Below are positions 1 to 13,039 of a stretch of 64,000 nucleotides of DNA, piece by piece. The stretch covers positions 24,836,360-24,900,359 of the forward strand of contig NC_068987.1 in NCBI RefSeq assembly GCF_001194135.2, in the 5' to 3' direction. The DNA is from Octopus bimaculoides. Its lineage: Eukaryota. The position numbers and the translations under genes are program-made. Below the pieces are notes generated by a model. The model was not told the DNA's origin and did no database searches. It saw nothing but the letters and a program-made list of their open reading frames with translations. The number at the start of each line of letters is the position of its first letter. Within the stretch, counting starts at the first letter, position 1.

Positions 1-254
1 CTCTAACAATTGTGCCAGCTCATTGCCTTATATAATTACTCATCATACTTTCTAATTTAGGTAAAAACTCGATAATTTTGCGGGGAAGGTGTTAGTCGAT
101 ATCGTCAATCCCTGTTTTCAGCTACTGCCACCAACCATCCCACTTTGTAAGGCTGGAAAGAGGACCCAAGTGCCCAAATCTCCTCCTAAATAACTACCTC
201 CATACTACCAATGCAAATTGGTAGATTTGATTCCATTATATTATAAGTGTTATA

Positions 255-465
255 AGGCAGCAAACAGGTAAACGTTAGCACGCCGGGAAACAGACTTAGT
301 GGCATTTCGTTCATCTTTGCGTTCTGCATTCACATTCCTCCGAGGTCAACTTTGCTTTTCATCTTTTCGGGGTCGATAAAGTAAGTACCAGTTGAGCACT
401 GGGGTCGATGTAATTGACTAACCCCCTGCCATAAAATTGCTGGCCTTGTGCCAAAATTTGAAACC
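255..465 (+). mobile_element. SINE family B copy; other copies ~8005-8180, 10380-10575, 16985-17195, 19880-20090, 28385-28600, 44130-44340
   Basis: Shared blocks gttagcacgcc..., gaggtcaactttgc-tttcatcctttcggggtcgat..., aattgctggccttgtgccaaaatttga. Confidence 0.8.
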
Positions 466-642
466 AAATATTATGATTACTATATTTTACTTTAGTATAT
501 CAGTAATATCACTAAATTTGATCTCAGTAAGTTACTTGTATTACTATCGTTATTAGACCCCAGTATATCATTGGTATTTATTTAATTGACGTCCCTCTAT
601 GCTATAGTTTATTTTAATAAAGATATTTTCTTTCTTTGGCAG

Positions 643-736
643 AGATGGAAGTTCACACCAACGAACTAGTACCGTTTTTACAACATTCGTGTTATTTATT
701 ACCTTGGTTATCAAAGCACACTTGGTATTTGGATAA
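643..736 (+). CDS. Possible terminal exon of an upstream plus-strand gene: DGSSHQRTSTVFTTFVLFITLVIKAHLVFG*, GPI-signal-like hydrophobic tail
   Basis: Polypyrimidine tract ttttctttctttggcAG at 626-642, phase-2 open frame to TAA 734-736, AATAAA about 50 nt later; no upstream exon in the window. Confidence 0.3.
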
Positions 737-3141
737 ACATGGTATATTGGTTAAATTTTGTATACAGATAAACATGTTATTTTTAATAAACACAGTTTAT
801 TAGTAAATATGATGTATTGTTAGAAGGGAGGCAACAATACAGCAGCTATTTTGAACCGATAAAGAGAGAAAAGAAACATCGAAAACAAGAAAAACATGCT
901 TTAAGGCTTTCAGTATTATCACACTATATTTATACATTATTGCTTTCATATATCAACACAAAGTTCAAGTGTTATTGGGAATATGAGAATTGACTCTTGT
1001 TCTTTTTTCTGAAGAAGAGAACATTACAACTAATAATTATTTTTATTTTGAGAATATATCTGAGAGAGGGCACTTGCTTCATCATTATAGAATATCTGTG
1101 ATCTGTGGGCTCCCTGTTTGATACCAGGTGGATATCCTTTTATTGGGATGTTTCATTTCTTCATATAGTCGTTCTCATACTTGACTCTATCTAAACCATC
1201 ACCGTTTTTTTTTTCTTTTGCAGTTCGTCCTTGTAATGTTCTCCCCCACCTCATCTTTCACCCCTGTGGCAAATAAAAAAAATTACTATCGTTATTATTG
1301 CTGTTGTTACTACCATTACTGCAACTGCTGCTGTGTTACTGTTGCCGGGGCCATCATCATCATCATCGTTATATTATTATTATTATTCCGGGGTCGACTT
1401 TGCCTTTCATCCTTTCGAGGTCGATAAATTAAGCACCATTTCGTTCGAAGCTCGTGAATTATTGTGGAATTGTATTATTTTAATAATGTTACTTGAACTT
1501 TTGTTGTATCATCTTGTTTACAAGACAACTAACATTTTCTGAACCTAGTTTGCTTTTTGAATTATTCGTTCTGTCGGGTGTGGGGAGGTAACTTTGAATT
1601 TTTCAATCGAAAAATTACATATATAAAATATGGTTTCCAAAATGGAGGCCAATATGAAAATAGTTTCCCACCACTACTTGCTACAATTAACAGAAAATGT
1701 ATATATAGCAACAGCAACGGCAACAACAAAGAAAACACATAAATGAAAATATACATTAGCAATAGAGGCAACATTAATACCGGGAGGTAATATTTATTCT
1801 CACTTAAACGTGGATGTTCCGTTAGAACAAACTATACTGTGGTAGATACCATATTGACTCTCATATTGGCTTTTGGTGTAAAAATGCTCTTTTGTTTAAA
1901 TCACTAGCAGGGAGATAAATCCCTGTCACTTCCAACGCCGAGAGCACCAAATCATGTGATTTCGACCTTCCTTGGGCTTGTCAATGATGGACACTCGATT
2001 ACTAGAGATAGCTCATCTTCCTGCCAACCATATATAGAAAAACAGTGCCAGAACAGGCGCTGGTGTCTCGATTAGCCAGTGAGCTTGTTATAAAATATAT
2101 ATTAGCGACAGAGGCAGTATTAAAATCAAGAGGTGATATTCATCTCGACTTAAACGCGGATGTTCTGTAAGAACAAGCTATACTGCGGTAGATACTATGA
2201 GAGAAACTTTCATATTGACTTTTGGTACAAAAATGCACTTTTGTTTATATTGTTAGCGAGGAAATGAAAAAGAACGTCAAAGCAACAACACCGCTACATC
2301 TCACACCATGACAAAACCCAACAAGAACAGCAGCAGCAATAGTAGTAACAGTAGCAGCTGTAGTAGCAAGCAAGGTAAAAAAAACAATGAAACAAACACG
2401 ACCTTCACCACTGTGCTCACTGCAAAAAAAAAATAGAAGACCTCCGCCACTTCGGCTGTCTTCATTACCACAACAGCATCAGTATCAAAAGCAATATCAG
2501 TATCATCACGTCACTAAAAACAACACCAACAGCAGCAGTGCCAAGAATAGAAGCATCACAAACAACAGTACCAACACCAGGTGGAGCAGCAGGAGAGATC
2601 CACTCAACAACATCAACACCAAATACTACATTAAAAAAAAATCAAAATCATCGCCTACACCATCACAACAGACCAGAAACACAGAAGTGTGTTTCTACGT
2701 AGACATACCTCTCTTAACTGTAACATATTTCTCTGACTCCAAAAACTCATCTACCGAGGAACACGATTTGGAAAAATCACCAGAACGGATTCTTGTGAAA
2801 GGACGGGGGAAAAAAATTAGAAAAAGTGTTGTACCAGACTAAAAACGAAGGGATTAGATAGAAGACATGGAAACCGACAAGCAGTTACGCACCCACAAAC
2901 CCGACACCAATTCAACAATAAACATCTCTAACACTATAAACACCGTCAACATTACAAACATTACAACAAACAAAAATGCATACCAATCCAGACCAGCAAC
3001 AGCACTCCCAAAGCATCATCAACTACATGGGTACTAATAGAAACAAGGACTTAAAACCCCTACTCACATAGAAATTATAAAATCAATATAACAAATCTAC
3101 AACAATCTGAAAACAAAATATGCGAAGAGAATGAAGTTTTT

Positions 3142-5045
3142 GTGGAAACACTTGCCCCGCCGACGAAATTGGGTGATTATTTTCATTCTTCTCTTCTCTT
3201 GCCAAACATAACCATACTTAGAATAGGCAGTGTGAATACCCATGGCCTGTTGTCATATTGGAAACAAGGTCACCTGCTCAATAACCTTATGTCACTAGAT
3301 ATAGCTGTGGTGGCCATCACAGAGATCAAATTTTCCGATCCACAATCTCTCATACTCATTTTCGATGGTTACGAGATTTGCTTTCCTCCATGTCGACCGG
3401 GAATGAGCGGTGGAGCTGCAGTATTGTTTTGGAAAGGTCTGAGTTTCACGATATAGATCATCTTGGGCACGAAAGGTAAGTTAGTGACTCTGGATTTGAA
3501 CTGTAGCGAAAGTGGTGTTTTTCAGCTAGAAAACGTTTATGTTCCTACAAGCGTGGAACAGCCGAGTTTCTTTAGGCATTTGGAGACTTGCCTGGGAACC
3601 TCGTGCTCTTTAGTGCTAGTGGGCGATTGGAAGGTCGTCTTGGATACATGTTTGGATTGTGTGCGACTAGCTGATGGGAGAGGTGGGTACAAACCCTTTG
3701 CAAACCTGCTTAGACATTTCAAATTGTCTGACATGTACCAACAGGATTTCCCGAACGTGCCAATGTGAATAAGAGCAAACCACACAGGTCATATCTGTCG
3801 TATCTAGATAGAGTATTCTGTAGGCCTGTAGATGAGGATAGCATAGGCTGTCCTTTTTAAAATCCTCGGCTACACAAACTTCAAATTTATGATAGGTAGA
3901 GTCGACCTAGATAAGCTTCGTAGGCAGGAACTCAGTTACTGGAAACTTTCAGAAACTTGATTAGCGAATTAGTTAAGTGGTTGTTGAGGGGTCGGTTACC
4001 AACAATAAATGGTGGTTTCCTTGAAAAAGGCGATTAAAGTAGAATCAATTAGGTTTGTAAGGCCTCAGCGATAGAAAGAAATAGAATGAAAGAAAAACTG
4101 AAACTTAGAAGAGACGCCCAAGAAAGGTATCGCAACTAATTCTTCAATGCGAAGCGCAAAGGCTGCAATGTCAGAGTTAAGTTAGCGGAAGTGAAACGTG
4201 GCAACAAGTCCATAATTCTGTTTTTAGTGAACCATAATGGGTGATTGCCACCCGAGGCCCAGTAGGTGTGTACGGCATTTCAGTAGCACTTAGCTCGAAA
4301 GTTTGAGACGAATGACTGACCGGAACGCAGAATGGACTTCATTGCCTACCTCGACTGTGGGCAAGTGAGGTAGTCTGTGGCGAAAAGCCGCTAACAGCTG
4401 CAGAAATGCGGGAAGCTATAATTGACTGCGCGGGTGGGGGTGAAAGTTGTCTGTTTTGGATGATCTGCCCTAAAGCTTTACTTTATATGTCAGACCTGTT
4501 TGGAGGCCTCTTAGCAGATCAGGAGAATTCCAAGTTCTGAGTCGAGGAGCGGTAACACTACAACGAAATGATCCGAACAAAGGGGACTAAATGGATAATT
4601 TTAGGCTCATAACTCTGCTAAACGCTTTAGCGAAAGAGATCGTGTGATGGACCAGATTGAAGGGGCTGAAGACAATCCTTCATCAACTTTTTCAAGTTCC
4701 ACTTGAAAAAGGAAACTGAAGGTGAAGAAGGAAGTGCTGCCTTCTTGCAAATTTGTTGAAAATGGGTCAATATGGCAAACAGGGTCCGAGTGAGCGGGCT
4801 CACTCTAAATATGCACATATAGATTGAGAGAAGAGAGGACATTTGCCCTAGTGTCAGAGTGGCCGTAATTTTGTGGGATGCCCTACGAGCAGCCCTTGAA
4901 AGTCTTCCCTATTGGAGAAATTTGTTCTTTTGTTTTTGTTGCTTTACTCATTACACGCCTTCATGTAACCCTTGTATTATATTGTATCGTCCCGCACTGC
5001 CCTTTGCCTTTGTGTAGATCCTTAGAGGTTAACAAAAAAAAAAAA
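3142..5045 (+). mobile_element. Decayed L1/Tx1-clade LINE (APE endonuclease + partial RT, internal deletion, poly-A tail)
   Basis: ORFs 3142-3456 (RIGSVNTHGL...DIAVVAITE) and 3463-3768 (ENVYVP...LVLVGDW) are APE-like; downstream remnants SYLDRVF, GLDDLP, DNFRLITLLN; A-run at 5034-5045; many stops and frameshifts. Confidence 0.8.
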
Positions 5046-5651
5046 GTCATTATTATTAATAGTACGTCAGAAAGTCCTTTCAGTACTAGATTCAATAACC
5101 ATAAGTCCTCATTCAATATCCAAGAGAGACTGCTATGTCACACCCCTGGCTAGGCATGTATGGTTGTTAAAGGAAAACGCTATGTAGTACAACATCAAGT
5201 AGAAAATCTTAGAGAAGTGCAAGCCTTATTTTAATAGCAGCAGAAAATGCAGATTATGTTTATCTCAGAAGAAAAATCTTATTGAAAAATGTTTAACAGC
5301 CAGACAATAACGTAAACTGCGGGTACGAAACTTTCAGCCCTTGCCTACTTAAGAGTCCTCGCCTACAATCACAAGGTTCTGCAAGCTTCGGTCTTCCCAC
5401 CACCATATCCTGACAACCCAAATGAACACATGCATATGCACCCAGACATGAACTTAAAGGTTTGAGCACTCACTCAATCCCTCATATCTCTTCATATATA
5501 CCAAACCCTTAACCTCTGCATATATTTTCATCTACTCCTGTTACTTTGTAGCCATTTCAAATAGCTTAGATCCAAGGGATATAACTTTTGATAAACCCCT
5601 CGCTGATTTACCTCCCACGATTTCCTTTGGGTTTTTTTTCCCCCCCACAGC

Positions 5652-6084
5652 NNNNNNNNNNNNNNNNNNNNNNNNNNNNNNNNNNNNNNNNNNNNNNNNN
5701 NNNNNNNNNNNNNNNNNNNNNNNNNNNNNNNNNNNNNNNNNNNNNNNNNNNNNNNNNNNNNNNNNNNNNNNNNNNNNNNNNNNNNNNNNNNNNNNNNNNN
5801 NNNNNNNNNNNNNNNNNNNNNNNNNNNNNNNNNNNNNNNNNNNNNNNNNNNNNNNNNNNNNNNNNNNNNNNNNNNNNNNNNNNNNNNNNNNNNNNNNNNN
5901 NNNNNNNNNNNNNNNNNNNNNNNNNNNNNNNNNNNNNNNNNNNNNNNNNNNNNNNNNNNNNNNNNNNNNNNNNNNNNNNNNNNNNNNNNNNNNNNNNNNN
6001 NNNNNNNNNNNNNNNNNNNNNNNNNNNNNNNNNNNNNNNNNNNNNNNNNNNNNNNNNNNNNNNNNNNNNNNNNNNNNNNNNNNN
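5652..6084. other. Assembly gap (N run); others at 25782-26704, 30930-31009, 31794-32030, 51325-51837, 57460-57652, 61508-61852
   Basis: N characters, mostly adjoining (TA)n/(CA)n microsatellites. Confidence 1.
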
Positions 6085-6799
6085 ATATATATATATATAT
6101 ATATATACATATATGTGACGGGCTTCTTTCAGTTTCCGTCTACCAAATCCACTCACAAGGCTTTGGTCGGCCCGAGGCTATAGTAGAAGACACTTGCCCA
6201 AGGTGCCACTGAACCCGGAACCATGTGGTTGGTAAGCAAGCTACTTACCACACAGCCACTCCTGCACCTATATTTTGTATATACTGGATATTTTGATGTG
6301 GCTGTCTATATGTGCATGTATTCCGAGCAGACACCCCCTCCACCACAAGCTTCCATACATACAAACATACACACACATATATATATTGAGAAACATCCTC
6401 TTTTATAAATCCAAGCTGTATACTCAGTACTCCTGTGAATACTGGCTAACAGAATGTCTACAAGTGGACAGGAGCTTATTTTGAAAGTTTGTTTTGAATT
6501 TATGAGTAGAACAGGTTTTAGCTGTTCTGTGCAGTTACTTAATTGGTCACCCCGCTTCTTTAATTTTAACGTATCTATTACATGAAATGCACATATATAA
6601 AAGTGGCTGCTCTGAGGGATCTACATGACCCCATACCACACCACTGGAATGTATGCATATCTGTCCGCTATGTACAAACAGCACATATTTTAGTACGTAT
6701 GTACTTGTGGTAAAAGTCTATAAAAATATGTTTTGTAGATTGAATTATATTTTAGACATGTTAAAAATGGTGGGACATAAGTTAATCAAGAAATAATGT

Positions 6800-7737
6800 T
6801 GCAAGAAACGAAGCCAGTATGCTCCGATGGATGTGAAATGTCAGTGTGCATACTCGACAGAGTGTAAGTACCTTGAGAGAAAAGTTGGACCTAAGAAGCA
6901 TCAGTTGTGGTACGCAAGAGAGACGATTGCGCTGGTATGGTCATGTGGAAAGAATGGATGAGGTTAGCTGTGTGAAGAAGTGCCACACCCTAGCGGTTGA
7001 GGGAACCTGTGGAAGAGGTAGACCCAGCAATACCTGGGATGAGGTGGTGAAGCACGACCTTCGAACTTTAGGCATCACTAAGGCAATGACTAGTAACTGG
7101 GACCTTTGGAAATATGCAGTACGTGAGAAGACCCAGTAAACCAAGTGAGAGCATAATCTGTGGCCTCTGCCACTTATTCGTATCTTTACTTCATTGGATA
7201 CTAAACACTGCTTGCGAAGACCTGTTGTAGCAAGTGAAATTGAAATCATAATTGAACCATATTCGATGACTGGCGCCTGTGCCAGTGGAGCACTAACAGC
7301 ACTGTCCGAGCGTGATCATTGCCAGAGCAGCAGTCTGGCTTCCGTGCTAGTGGCCCATAAATAGCACCATTTGGGCGTGACCGTTACCAGCGTTGCCTTA
7401 CTGGCACTTGTGCCGGTGACATGTTAGAAAATCATTTGAGCAAGGTCGTTGCCAGTGCTGCTGGACTGGCTCCTGTGCAGGTGGTATGTAAAAAACACCA
7501 ATTTGAGTGTGGCCGTTGCCAGTACCGCGTGACTGGCCCTCGTGCCAGTAGCATGTAAAAGCACCCACTCCACTCTCGGAGTGGTTGGCATTAGGAAAGG
7601 CATCCAGCTGTAGAAACTCTGCCAGATCAGATTGGAGCCTGGTGCAGCCATCCGGTTCACCAGTCCTCAGTCAAATCGTCCAACCCATGCTAGCATGGAA
7701 AGCGGACGTTAAACGACGATGATGATGATGATGATGA
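6800..7737 (+). mobile_element. 5'-truncated RTE-type LINE: ORF2 C-terminus + 3'UTR ending in (GAT)n
   Basis: ORF 6846-7139 RRLRWYGHVERM...GRGRP..TWDEVV..DL is the typical RTE C-terminus; tail ...gcatggaaagcggacgttaaacgacgatgatgat. Confidence 0.85.
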
Positions 7738-8569
7738 TATATATGTATATAAAATTGTCCCTCTGTTCCCAATGCATTCTCAAACAGCTCAACCAAATCA
7801 TCAAGTTTTACTTGGTAATAGTATCAGACCCCGTGAATGTCAACATGTAATTCGTTTTGCATTTGGGTTAAAACAACATTGGAACTGGTTCGGTATATAT
7901 ATGTCAAAAGTGAAAGAAGAACATCTATATTGTAATGTTGTAATGTGATATAATATTGTTTGACTTTTAATTCTAATGTCATAAGACTATAATATTCTTT
8001 TCTACTCTAGGCACAAGGCCCAAAATTTTGGGCGAGGGTGCCACTCAATTAGATTGATTCCAAAAGGATGAAAAACAAAGTTGACCTCGGCAGAATTTGA
8101 ACTTATAATATAAAGACAGAAGAAATATTGCTAAGCATTTCGCCTGGCGTGCTAATGTTTCTGCCAGCTCGTCGCATTATAAGACTATAATATTGTCTCA
8201 CTTTTAATTCTAATTACATCCTAATGTGAACAACATTATGCATTGGCAACTTTCCATCTTTACAGCCATGACAGTGAAATGGTGTATCAGTATATGTGTT
8301 GACTGACATAACGAACAGTGGCAGATCCAAGGTACATAAAGTACATTTACCGTTAAATTAGCAGTTCATACATGTGCTTCTATTTGGTTAATTCATACTG
8401 CATACAAAAAATAAAGACACACTACATACATACAACTGCTTACAATAATAGAGATTGCTGTATAATTTCTTCTATGTTTATAATTTTTTGGTTTACAATA
8501 TTGGAAAAAATATGCTACCAAAATAAAAATGTAATCTCTCTAGAAACAAGTATAAAGCAAGGAAGATTG

Positions 8570-9590
8570 TAGAAAACCAAAGGCAAGAGTCTCAAGAGAT
8601 AAAGGAGATGAGACTTCCCCAAGATCAGCAAATGCATGCTGCAGCACATCAAATGAAGTCTCTAGACAGAAATGAGAGGAGACTTTCTCAAGATCAGCAA
8701 AGCAGGCTGCAGCATGTCAGATGGAATCTCAATACAGAAGGGAGATGAGACTTTTCCAAGATCGGCAAAGGCATGCTGCAGCACTTAATGCTGAATTATT
8801 AAAACAACGTTTTCATAATTAGACAGAGGTCTCAGAAACAGACTACATACAAATTCGTTCTTCACAACTCCTGGAGCTGCTTTCAGATATGATCCATCCC
8901 ATTCTTGTTCAAATTGGGGTGTTAAACTCAAATTGTAATTTCTGCAAAGCTTTAAAATTTCCAAATGAAACTAATGGCATGCGCTGCTCAGGTGGTAAGG
9001 TAAGATTGCCAGCACTACCAGTTCCTCCTCAACCTCTTATAGATCTTCTGGAAGGCACTTCCATCCAGTCAAAGGATTTTCTGAACAATATCAGACAACT
9101 CTGCATTTCAAATGACATTGTTTGGTGCATCTAAGGAGATAGTTGAGCATAGATTTATGCCAATGTTCAAAGTTCAAGGGCAAGTCTATCACCTCATTGG
9201 TTCTTTGTTACTCACAAATGAACAACCACAGTTCCTCCAAATTTACTTTATGAGAGATGTAGGACAACAAACCCGAACGAGGTGTCAAGATATCAGACAA
9301 TGGCTCGCGTTAGACGCAGTGCCGACTGCCACAAAAGAGAGTATGTCCACTGACAGCTTTTCGGTGTGTCCAAAAGTCACATACCCCCAATTTTCCATGA
9401 CTCGTTAGGGCCTGGAATACTCCAAATGGATGAATGAAAAGTCACTTAGTCGAATTAGCCCATCATTTACTCCACAAATGTTTTGTCATCAATGCTGCAC
9501 TTTCCTTGTATCACCTATTTCAACGTAACTGTAATATATATATAAAAACTATGCCATTTTAATCCTGAGCAATGCTGTGTATCTCTGCTA

Positions 9591-9591
<1 letters not shown>
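8570..9591 (+). mobile_element. Internally deleted Helitron (Rep N-terminal zinc-finger region + 3' hairpin-CTAG terminus)
   Basis: CNFCKALKFPNETNGM(C)CSGGKV.LP...PPQPL..LL and FKVQGQVYHLIGSLL...QPQFLQIYF are Helitron RepHel N-terminal motifs; ends cctgagcaatgctgtg...tctgCTAG|T at 9591. Confidence 0.85.
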
Positions 9592-9632
<41 letters not shown>

Positions 9633-12139
9633 TGCTAACATATGTATATGCCAGTAAAAATAATCTAACAGAGAAAGAGGAATGTGTATGTTTTGTGTGT
9701 GTTGCATTGATGTTGTCCCTATTTTGAACTTTTGGTTGAGACTGAGCTCATATTCTTAATTGCATGATTCTGTTATCTGTCTATGTAATATTTTATAGAG
9801 CTGTAAATTGATTGGACTATTGTAATTATCTAATGCATATTGATAAAAATATAAGTAGGGTTATTTTTCGATATTACTGTTCCAATGCTCACCGAACTAT
9901 TCCACTAATATAAACTGTCTCTTCCATTTAAGTTTTAGGGAATTTGGTACATGTTACTGCTTGGCACTTTATACAGTATACAATATTTTAAACTTTACAG
10001 TAGATATATGGGTATTTAGCACATGTTTTGCAACCAGTTTTAAAAGTGTTATTGTCATATTAATTACTCTTAAGAGTTCTGTTTTTAGTAAGTCCACTTT
10101 TTACAGTTTCCAATTCAGTCTTCTCTGATTAATGGGTTCAGTATGGGCTTTCTATAATGCAAGTGGACTATCTATGATTTGGGTGTTACATTGATGACTA
10201 CATTTTCAATCTTTAATTCAGTGTCCAATACAGGTAATCTTCTAGTGGTGTATCTAGAGTGGTAGTCAATACTGATTTTTATACTAGAGTGGACGGAATT
10301 TGATACCCTGCATAGTACTCATTGTATATTGTTCATCCATATTGTTCATCAGCATGAGGAATTGTTTTGTTTCTGGTTTAGGCACAAGGCCAGCAATTCT
10401 GAGACAAGGAGATCAGTTGGAACCATCACCTCTAATACTTTAGTGGTACTTCATTTTCTCAACTCTGAAAGCATAAAAGGCAAAGCTGACATCAGCAAGA
10501 TTTGAATTCAGACTGTAAAGAACCACAACAAATGCCACAAAGCATTCTTTCAATGCTCTAACAATTCTGCCAGTTTAGAGCGGTAATTCAAACAGGTACA
10601 CGATGAATACTTCCTTCTGTCTCTCTCTCACACACACACAGAAGATTTTCTATTTACAGCAAATAGTTCAGAAGTAGATTTATAGTGCTAAGCTCCCAGC
10701 AAATCATGGTCTGCTAGATGAATTATGTAGGCTGGTTTGGAATCTGAGCTATACAAACAGAAGGAAGTCCAGACCAAAAACAAACTATTACAATATAAGT
10801 ATGCGTGTGCATGTGAGAGTGTGAATGGAAATATAGACAGAATAACAAACAACCAGGCAAAAGGTTAGTAGTCCATGTCCTATTGCTAGCACTGGGTAAA
10901 GTCTCTGGCTGAGATAATCAACTCTCACGTACTTTAGTTCATCTAGCCCAGAAGAGGTAATAGGAGCACTGTAAAATTAATCATCCTCAACAAAAGTAAA
11001 CTGTTACCATCAGGGGTAGATGTAAGTAGATTAAAGTTGAAATGTCTTAACTGAGAACCAGTGTTGGTGGAACCTAAATTACACCCAATAAATTGGGATA
11101 CATGTATCAGTGTGACATAGAGTCACAATCTAAAAAACACCTTAGAATGAGATGATCATTAATGTAAGAACTAAGCACTTCTGCTGACTCCAGCTATATA
11201 TAATGAAGATAAAGAGAAATGCATCTAGATTGGACTGAACAAAATTTAGCAGCAGCAGCAAAAAAGAAGAAAAGGAGGCAAAGGTGGAGGCAAGGAAATA
11301 AGCACAGAAGCAGTGTTAAGTTCAACTCTTCTTGTGGCTTTGGAGAAAACACTACTACTCCAATAGTTTTGTCTCTGTGACCAATGTTGCCATTGGATTT
11401 GAACTTTGGTTCAAATCCTAATTTACTCAGTTCAGCATCTCATTCCACATTAAAAACAGGTATCCACCATCAAGTGGACAAATTCTTTGACTAGTCATGA
11501 AGTACAGCCACCATCTATATGTTTCACACTTTCATTTAGCAGCCAGAATGAGGTAAATAATTAAAGAAAAAAAAAATGTCTCCCTTCCCTATCTAGACAA
11601 AAATATTCAGACTGAATAAAAAGAATCCCTCAAAAACACCATAAAAATAAATATTTCTCTCTCCTTTCAAACATTCATCCAATGTCTTAGTTATTTATGA
11701 TTGTTTGGAAAAAAGAATTACAAATTATATTAACAAACATATTTTACCTGGAATTATGATTTCTTTATTTTTTGTTATTCAATTTATTTTCTCCAATTTC
11801 TTTCTCTTTTTTTTTTCTCCTTTTGAAATTTTATACGAAAGAAAATAAAAAGCATGATGTACCCACAATGTTGTCTCAATTCTGGCAGTGTTTATCCATT
11901 TCTGTGATCTTTCTACAAAGCAACCTTGATACTTTGCATTTATCACAAATCCTAGCAATCTTTCTTGAAACTAAGTTCTCCGATGTTGCTTGAATCACAG
12001 ATGACCCCTACAAAGAATGTTATCTTACATTGCGTGACTTACAAACCAAACCTAATGACCTTCATAAAGTGACCAGCCACCACCATTACACAATGTTAGT
12101 TATACTATAACTGCACCAATCTTTTGTGATGACAACCCA

Positions 12140-12585
12140 GTAATATTTATTATCACAAATGTAGAGATCCCTGTGTTGTATATCACATAGTACTGCTTTT
12201 TTAACGAGTGTGGAAATTTGTATAGTGTACAGAATATGACCTATATTACAAATGAAGAGATAACCTACATTGTATATCACATAGTACTGCATTTTTTTTT
12301 ACAAGTGTAAAAATCTGTATACTGTATGTTAGAGTGCTGCCTGTATTACAAATGCAGACATTTCTTCACTGTATATTACATAGAATAACCTGTATTACAA
12401 ATGATGAGATCTCTACACTGTATATTACATCGTATTACTTGTATTATAAATGTAGAGATCTCTATACTGCATACAAAATAACATTGTCTGTATTACAAAT
12501 GTAGAGATCGTTACACTACATACAACAAAGCATTGCCTGTATTACAGATGTAGAGATCTCTACATGGCACTGCCTGTATCATAAT
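12140..12585. repeat. 49-bp-period tandem repeat with palindromic core TGTAGAGATCTCTACA
   Basis: Unit anchors 'tattacaaatg' at 12344, 12393, 12442, 12491, 12540 (exact 49-bp spacing) plus older units at ~12150 and 12244. Confidence 0.8.
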
Positions 12586-13039
12586 GTATCTGCTGGCAGA
12601 AAGTATATCACCAGTGTATTGCAAGTACAACGATCAATGTTAAGTAATAGCCCTGCTTACACATCATCATATCACAGGAATTGCTGTAGTAACAATCATA
12701 TATCCTAGCCGTAACAGTCTCCATAGAAAGCAAGTCAAGTGTCACATCACTACTTGTTACCAATAGTTACATTAAAAACAGAATCTGAGGAAACTAGTAT
12801 TAGTGGTGGTCTATGTCAGTAAATATTATACAGTGAAGTTAATGAGTTTTGATAAGCTTGTCTGTCAGAGCAGAAGAGAAAGTTAGTATTTCAGGATTTA
12901 TTCTTCACCTGAGAGGAATGAGATTTTTCAACACCTCTTATACAGATAACGAGTCTAGAAATATAAGATTCCTCTTCTATCACTGGTATATGAACATACC
13001 TAAATTAATTAACTACAAGTGTTATTCTTGCTTTAACAA

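Noticed and set aside
2387-2842. 151-aa ORF as a host gene
   Set aside because: Low-complexity (CAG/CAA/AAC) sequence with no recognisable domain or splice context; probably LINE-associated.
5541-6156. Long track ORFs spanning N-gaps (also 25740-26804, 30844-31129, 31726-32175, 51315-51862, 57395-57712, 61412-62156)
   Set aside because: They consist of X residues and microsatellite translations (YIYI, HTHT); these are artefacts.
12140-12585. CRISPR-like appearance of the palindromic 49-bp array
   Set aside because: The DNA between cores is itself repeated rather than unique spacer, the context is eukaryotic, and there are no cas genes.
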